The translations under genes were made by a program, and so were the position numbers. Below are positions 60,121 to 64,000 of a stretch of 64,000 nt of DNA, one piece after another (position 1 is the stretch's first letter; every line of letters starts with the position of its first letter). Origin of the DNA: Tubiluchus corallicola (Eukaryota > Animalia > Priapulida); the NCBI GenBank assembly GCA_030141605.1, contig JAQGDQ010000012.1:634396-698395 (forward strand), written 5' to 3'. The notes beneath the pieces were generated by a model. The model worked only from the letters and a program-made list of their open reading frames with translations, had not been told where the DNA came from and did not search any database.

Positions 60121-62358
60121 TCATCTTTCATGATCTTGGCGTTTATGTGATAACAAATGTCTGCAATAACAAAATTTTCTTAATGTATATTCTGTGATGC
60201 AATTTGATGTGTCTCCATACATACTTATTCTACTGACATCTCCCATAACTTCGTATTTATTGATACCTTTGGAGACCTTAACTGTGGCTTCAAACACACC
60301 CTTACCTGGCATTGTCTGCACAGTCAATAAATAGTGCACTGTTTTATAATGCGGTATTTTGTCATACTGAATTTTTTCAATGTGATCATCAACTTCACTC
60401 CTCACCACATGGGCTGTCAATGCCTGTTCATTTTCTTCACCAATTAGCGCATCTGTTATTCGTTCTAGTTCTAGTTTAGCACATTGGCCTTTGACAGGAT
60501 TCAAATATTCATTAAGTTTAAACACCAGAAAGTAAGCAGCGTTAACTACTTGCTCATCATCTCGGGCAACAGGTTTGTGATTTTGGCATGTGCACCAGTG
60601 AGGTTGTATTTGGGCATCTTCACACGTCCTTTTTAATGGGATATCACTAAACAAACTTATCCCTCTTTGGTATACTTTTTTGTTTTTTGTGGTCCTTGTC
60701 ATCTTTATTGGCCTGGGTTCACCAGTAAACCATAATATATCTGTTAATGTTTCATACAGGTCAAAAGGCGTTGTTAGTTTTCGTTCATTTTGCTGCAGGT
60801 TTTGTGCTATCTTGGGATACTTGTCAAAAAACCACGGAGGAAAAACGAGAAAGACTGCAGGCAAACGTTCTTCGAGCTTTCCTATGTAAGTCTTTAAAAA
60901 TTGGCCATAACGAAGGCCATGGTCACTCATCAGGAAGAGCACAGTGTTTTCTAAGTGACCATTTTCCTTTAGCTTTCGCAGAAAGTTTGCATACGGTTTA
61001 TCTGCAACTCGTGGTAGGTTTAAACTGTCATGAGATATTCTTGCATTCCAACCGAATGCAAAATAGGGATCTTTTCTAAATGTTTCTGCCAGTCTGTACA
61101 CATAATCTAAAGCTATTTCTATTTCAAGGCGTTTTCCAACACAATGAAACGTGCTTTTATTTGAAAGATCAGACATGTCTATTGCCATGCTAAGTGGTCT
61201 CAGGTAGTAATCAACAGGTTTCTTTTTAAAACCACCTCGTAGATAATTGAATATAGCCATATATGGAGCATCTTCACACATCATTGTACGATATCCACTT
61301 TGTGAAAAATTTTTCCATATAAACGGAACTGTATCAAGAGGTTTCTGTACATCTTGCATAAAGTTAACTTCTTCCAGATATTTGCCTGCCAGCATTGGCA
61401 TAACATTTACTAGAGTATTGTCAGCTACTTTGTTGTAGCCTTTCAGTTCTATTGCACCAAGTTCCTGCTTTAAGTATCTATAGCTACGTTGCATTTGCCG
61501 AATAAAATTCAACCTTGAAACACCATCTATACCCATTATAATAACATTTAAACGTTCCTTCACTAAATTTCTTGTGTTCTCATGATTTTTCTTGCATCTC
61601 TCTTCTATATTGTTCATGACTGCAACATTGGCAAAAAAGTCTTCAAACAATTTTAAACTAGTTGAACTGATGCATGTTACACGTATGAACTCGACCATTT
61701 CGGGGAACTTAATTGACTTGTCAAATTTTACAGATTTTGGACTGATGTCGTAGCTATCATCATTGCCACTGTCACATGGCGTCCTGAAAACTTCCTGATA
61801 CAAACACGTGTCTAAATCACCACCGTAATATTCATACACAAGGGAATGGTTTATGTTCAACCAATTTTTCTCAAACGTCACAAGTGGTGGAGGACCTTTG
61901 CATTGAATATCTGCATGCACAATGAACCTTTTTATTGTTGGATCAAAGGGATCTACGTCAGTAATTTTACATCCGGGTGTTTCTACCAGAAATCCACCTT
62001 TTTTGTATGATACGTTGAAATTTTGGTAGTTATCACGAAGCATATCAAGCAATTTTGCACCACTGGGTGGTTTCGTTGGTTTATTTCTTTCTATTTCCAA
62101 CCTCTCAAGTATTTCTTTTTCTGCCTTTCGCAATACTTTTTTCTGCATTTCGCGTAGAGCTATTTCAGAAACTTCTACCGAGTGTATGTCATCAATGTCT
62201 CTTCCTATGCTTGGTCTGCCGAAATCCAGGCTTTCGCGTTCCTCTAAAGACCCCAGTTGCTGCTGCTGTTCTCTGACCAATAGTAAAGTGCTGACACCAG
62301 CTGTTAACAACACAGCCAAGAACACTTTTTGTGGATTTGCTTTTAGCACAACATCCAT
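60121..62358 (-). CDS. DUF229 family (alkaline phosphatase/sulfatase-like fold) type II membrane protein, 745 aa, single coding exon
   Basis: N-terminal hydrophobic anchor; motifs NVIIMGIDGVSRLNFIRQM, GYNKVADNTLVN, FIWKNFSQSGYRT, PVDYYLRP, SHD, MSDHGLRYG, GKLEERLP, LTTPFDLYETL, RTCEDAQIQPHWCTC, LRKFCYC. The ATG immediately follows a splice acceptor (tacag|ATG). Confidence 0.9.
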   Translation of the reverse strand: MDVVLKANPQKVFLAVLLTAGVSTLLLVREQQQQLGSLEERESLDFGRPSIGRDIDDIHSVEVSEIALREMQKKVLRKAEKEILERLEIERNKPTKPPSGAKLLDMLRDNYQNFNVSYKKGGFLVETPGCKITDVDPFDPTIKRFIVHADIQCKGPPPLVTFEKNWLNINHSLVYEYYGGDLDTCLYQEVFRTPCDSGNDDSYDISPKSVKFDKSIKFPEMVEFIRVTCISSTSLKLFEDFFANVAVMNNIEERCKKNHENTRNLVKERLNVIIMGIDGVSRLNFIRQMQRSYRYLKQELGAIELKGYNKVADNTLVNVMPMLAGKYLEEVNFMQDVQKPLDTVPFIWKNFSQSGYRTMMCEDAPYMAIFNYLRGGFKKKPVDYYLRPLSMAIDMSDLSNKSTFHCVGKRLEIEIALDYVYRLAETFRKDPYFAFGWNARISHDSLNLPRVADKPYANFLRKLKENGHLENTVLFLMSDHGLRYGQFLKTYIGKLEERLPAVFLVFPPWFFDKYPKIAQNLQQNERKLTTPFDLYETLTDILWFTGEPRPIKMTRTTKNKKVYQRGISLFSDIPLKRTCEDAQIQPHWCTCQNHKPVARDDEQVVNAAYFLVFKLNEYLNPVKGQCAKLELERITDALIGEENEQALTAHVVRSEVDDHIEKIQYDKIPHYKTVHYLLTVQTMPGKGVFEATVKVSKGINKYEVMGDVSRISMYGDTSNCITEYTLRKFCYCRHLLSHKRQDHER

Positions 62359-64000
62359 CTGTAATAGTCGATTTACATTATGTAATGACTTAGATCAACT
62401 AAAATTGTTATTATTAAGATACAACTAATCTCCAGGCATTCTGTTCGCTAGCCTTTTATTCAGACATGTATCATCAGACATTTGTATCATCACCTTTCAC
62501 AGGTTACCCCTATGTGGTAAAAAGATGCTTACCTTGAAATGCTTGACAGAATCGGGTGTTAAAATATTAATTCTTATTATTAGTTCTAAAGATAGGTAAA
62601 ATGCGTCTCACGCATATAATTATATAATGATCAAGGTGATTAAGCTACTCAGGTAATAAACAACTGTATAGTCATGAAACGGGAAATTTACGTATACGTA
62701 CTATAAAGCTATTTGCCTATTAGTATTAAGCCTACAGTCTGCACAATACAAACACCCGATGAATTACTTTGACAGACTAGACTATCCTGACAGCTTACAT
62801 TACATCTGCAAAATTTATTATAGCCAGACTTTCATTTAACGAGAAATATCAACTTAAAAGCTTACGTGTATTGAAGAGATTCACTGTACATTCACTGTAC
62901 GTTTACTGTACACTCATGCACTAATGTTTAACTGTGTATGAATATAATTAGATAGATGCTGGTACAGCTAGGTGGAATAGATTTCCACAAGAGAGATGTC
63001 TCACGAGCCATGGCAACAATACATGTATTTTATGATTATAGCCTGACAATCGAAGACAGTCTGTGAAAAGTACAATAATTTTATTTCTTTTCAAAACTAG
63101 GGCTAAAGCTTTCGAAATCTGTAATCAAAAGTTTAGAATACGCATCCGTTAATTATACAGAATGAAAGAATCCACAATAATATCAAAATGTATAGGGTAA
63201 GTCCATTTTGTAATGTGGGGCGGATCTCACAATCAAGTATGAGCAATCAGCGCTCTTATTGTTTGGTAGCGTGTGTCATACTACTCAGTTTTTACTCAAT
63301 ATATTTCTTGAACACAAAACGTGAAACTAATTTTATGCAGTTTTTATGATAAGATAAGCCTTTAATATTCATAAATGTTGATAATATAAAATTAGTTCAA
63401 ACCAAATGACAGCAGTTAATTTGTACCCGGGTACCAGTTCAATAAACACGTGTTGCTACACAACTCAAAATTTACAGGCTGGAAATACTTTCAGATGCTA
63501 CAAACAATACTCAAAAATTACTTTTGGCTAACGAAAGAAAATAATCTAATAGTTCACCAATGCTTGTGAATAGTAAGTCCATAAAGTAAAGCTCCATCCA
63601 CACGAGGTTGTAATGTAAGCTATCAGCACTTTCAACTGAGTCTTTGTTTTACCAGCAACTGCCAGTCGAAGCAAGTATCGTTGTACAAAAGGAAGCAACA
63701 GGCAGTCGCCTAGTAGTTAAATAAAAGAAACGAGAATTTATCACTTACAGTCTCAGCATCAATGAAAGCATACGTCAGCAATACTTATCGGCGGCAACAC
63801 GACGACGAAGGTGGCGGATCCACAACATCGGTGTGCACACCCGGGTGTTTAGAGCATAGCTGAACTGCGAAGTCATAAGCAGATGGGAGTCGTTCCCGGA
63901 AGCGTCCTGCGTTGGTAGACCGGTAGTTTGGTTATCATGTCAGATGTCACAATGTAACTCGATGTAAACAAATGGTGAACTGGGCTTGATACTAGAACTG

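Noticed and set aside
63720-64000. GC-richer block at the window end, possibly a transposon or exon
   Set aside because: Truncated by the window edge, with no diagnostic motif.

Overview
AT-rich, intron-containing genomic DNA from an invertebrate animal (probably a lophotrochozoan or similar; inference), not a prokaryote. By reading GT-AG splice sites and translating by eye I built these gene models: EXOSC8/Rrp43 (+, 10 exons, 4730-13689), an ankyrin-repeat/SOCS-box gene resembling Drosophila stops (-, 21111-24644), a FAM104/VCF-like p97 cofactor (-, 25243-27607), mitochondrial acyl carrier protein NDUFAB1 (-, 31954-35867), two tandem F-box/LRR-like ORFs (+, 37186-39160), an uncharacterised helical-repeat protein (+, 41087-42720), a CDR2-like coiled-coil gene (+, 47251-59539) and a DUF229 gene (-, 60121-62358). 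Mobile DNA includes decayed RTE and CR1 LINEs, several MITEs, microsatellites and one young 5'-truncated RTE with an intact RT ORF and a 9-bp TSD. The most notable unexplained items are a decayed multi-exon gene for a secreted, possibly four-helix cytokine-like protein (18577-20258), a disrupted MS4A-like membrane-protein exon beside it, an in-frame 129-bp triplication of the EXOSC8 terminal coding segment, and the tight FAM104-like/stops tandem. All family assignments come from remembered motifs; no database search was run.
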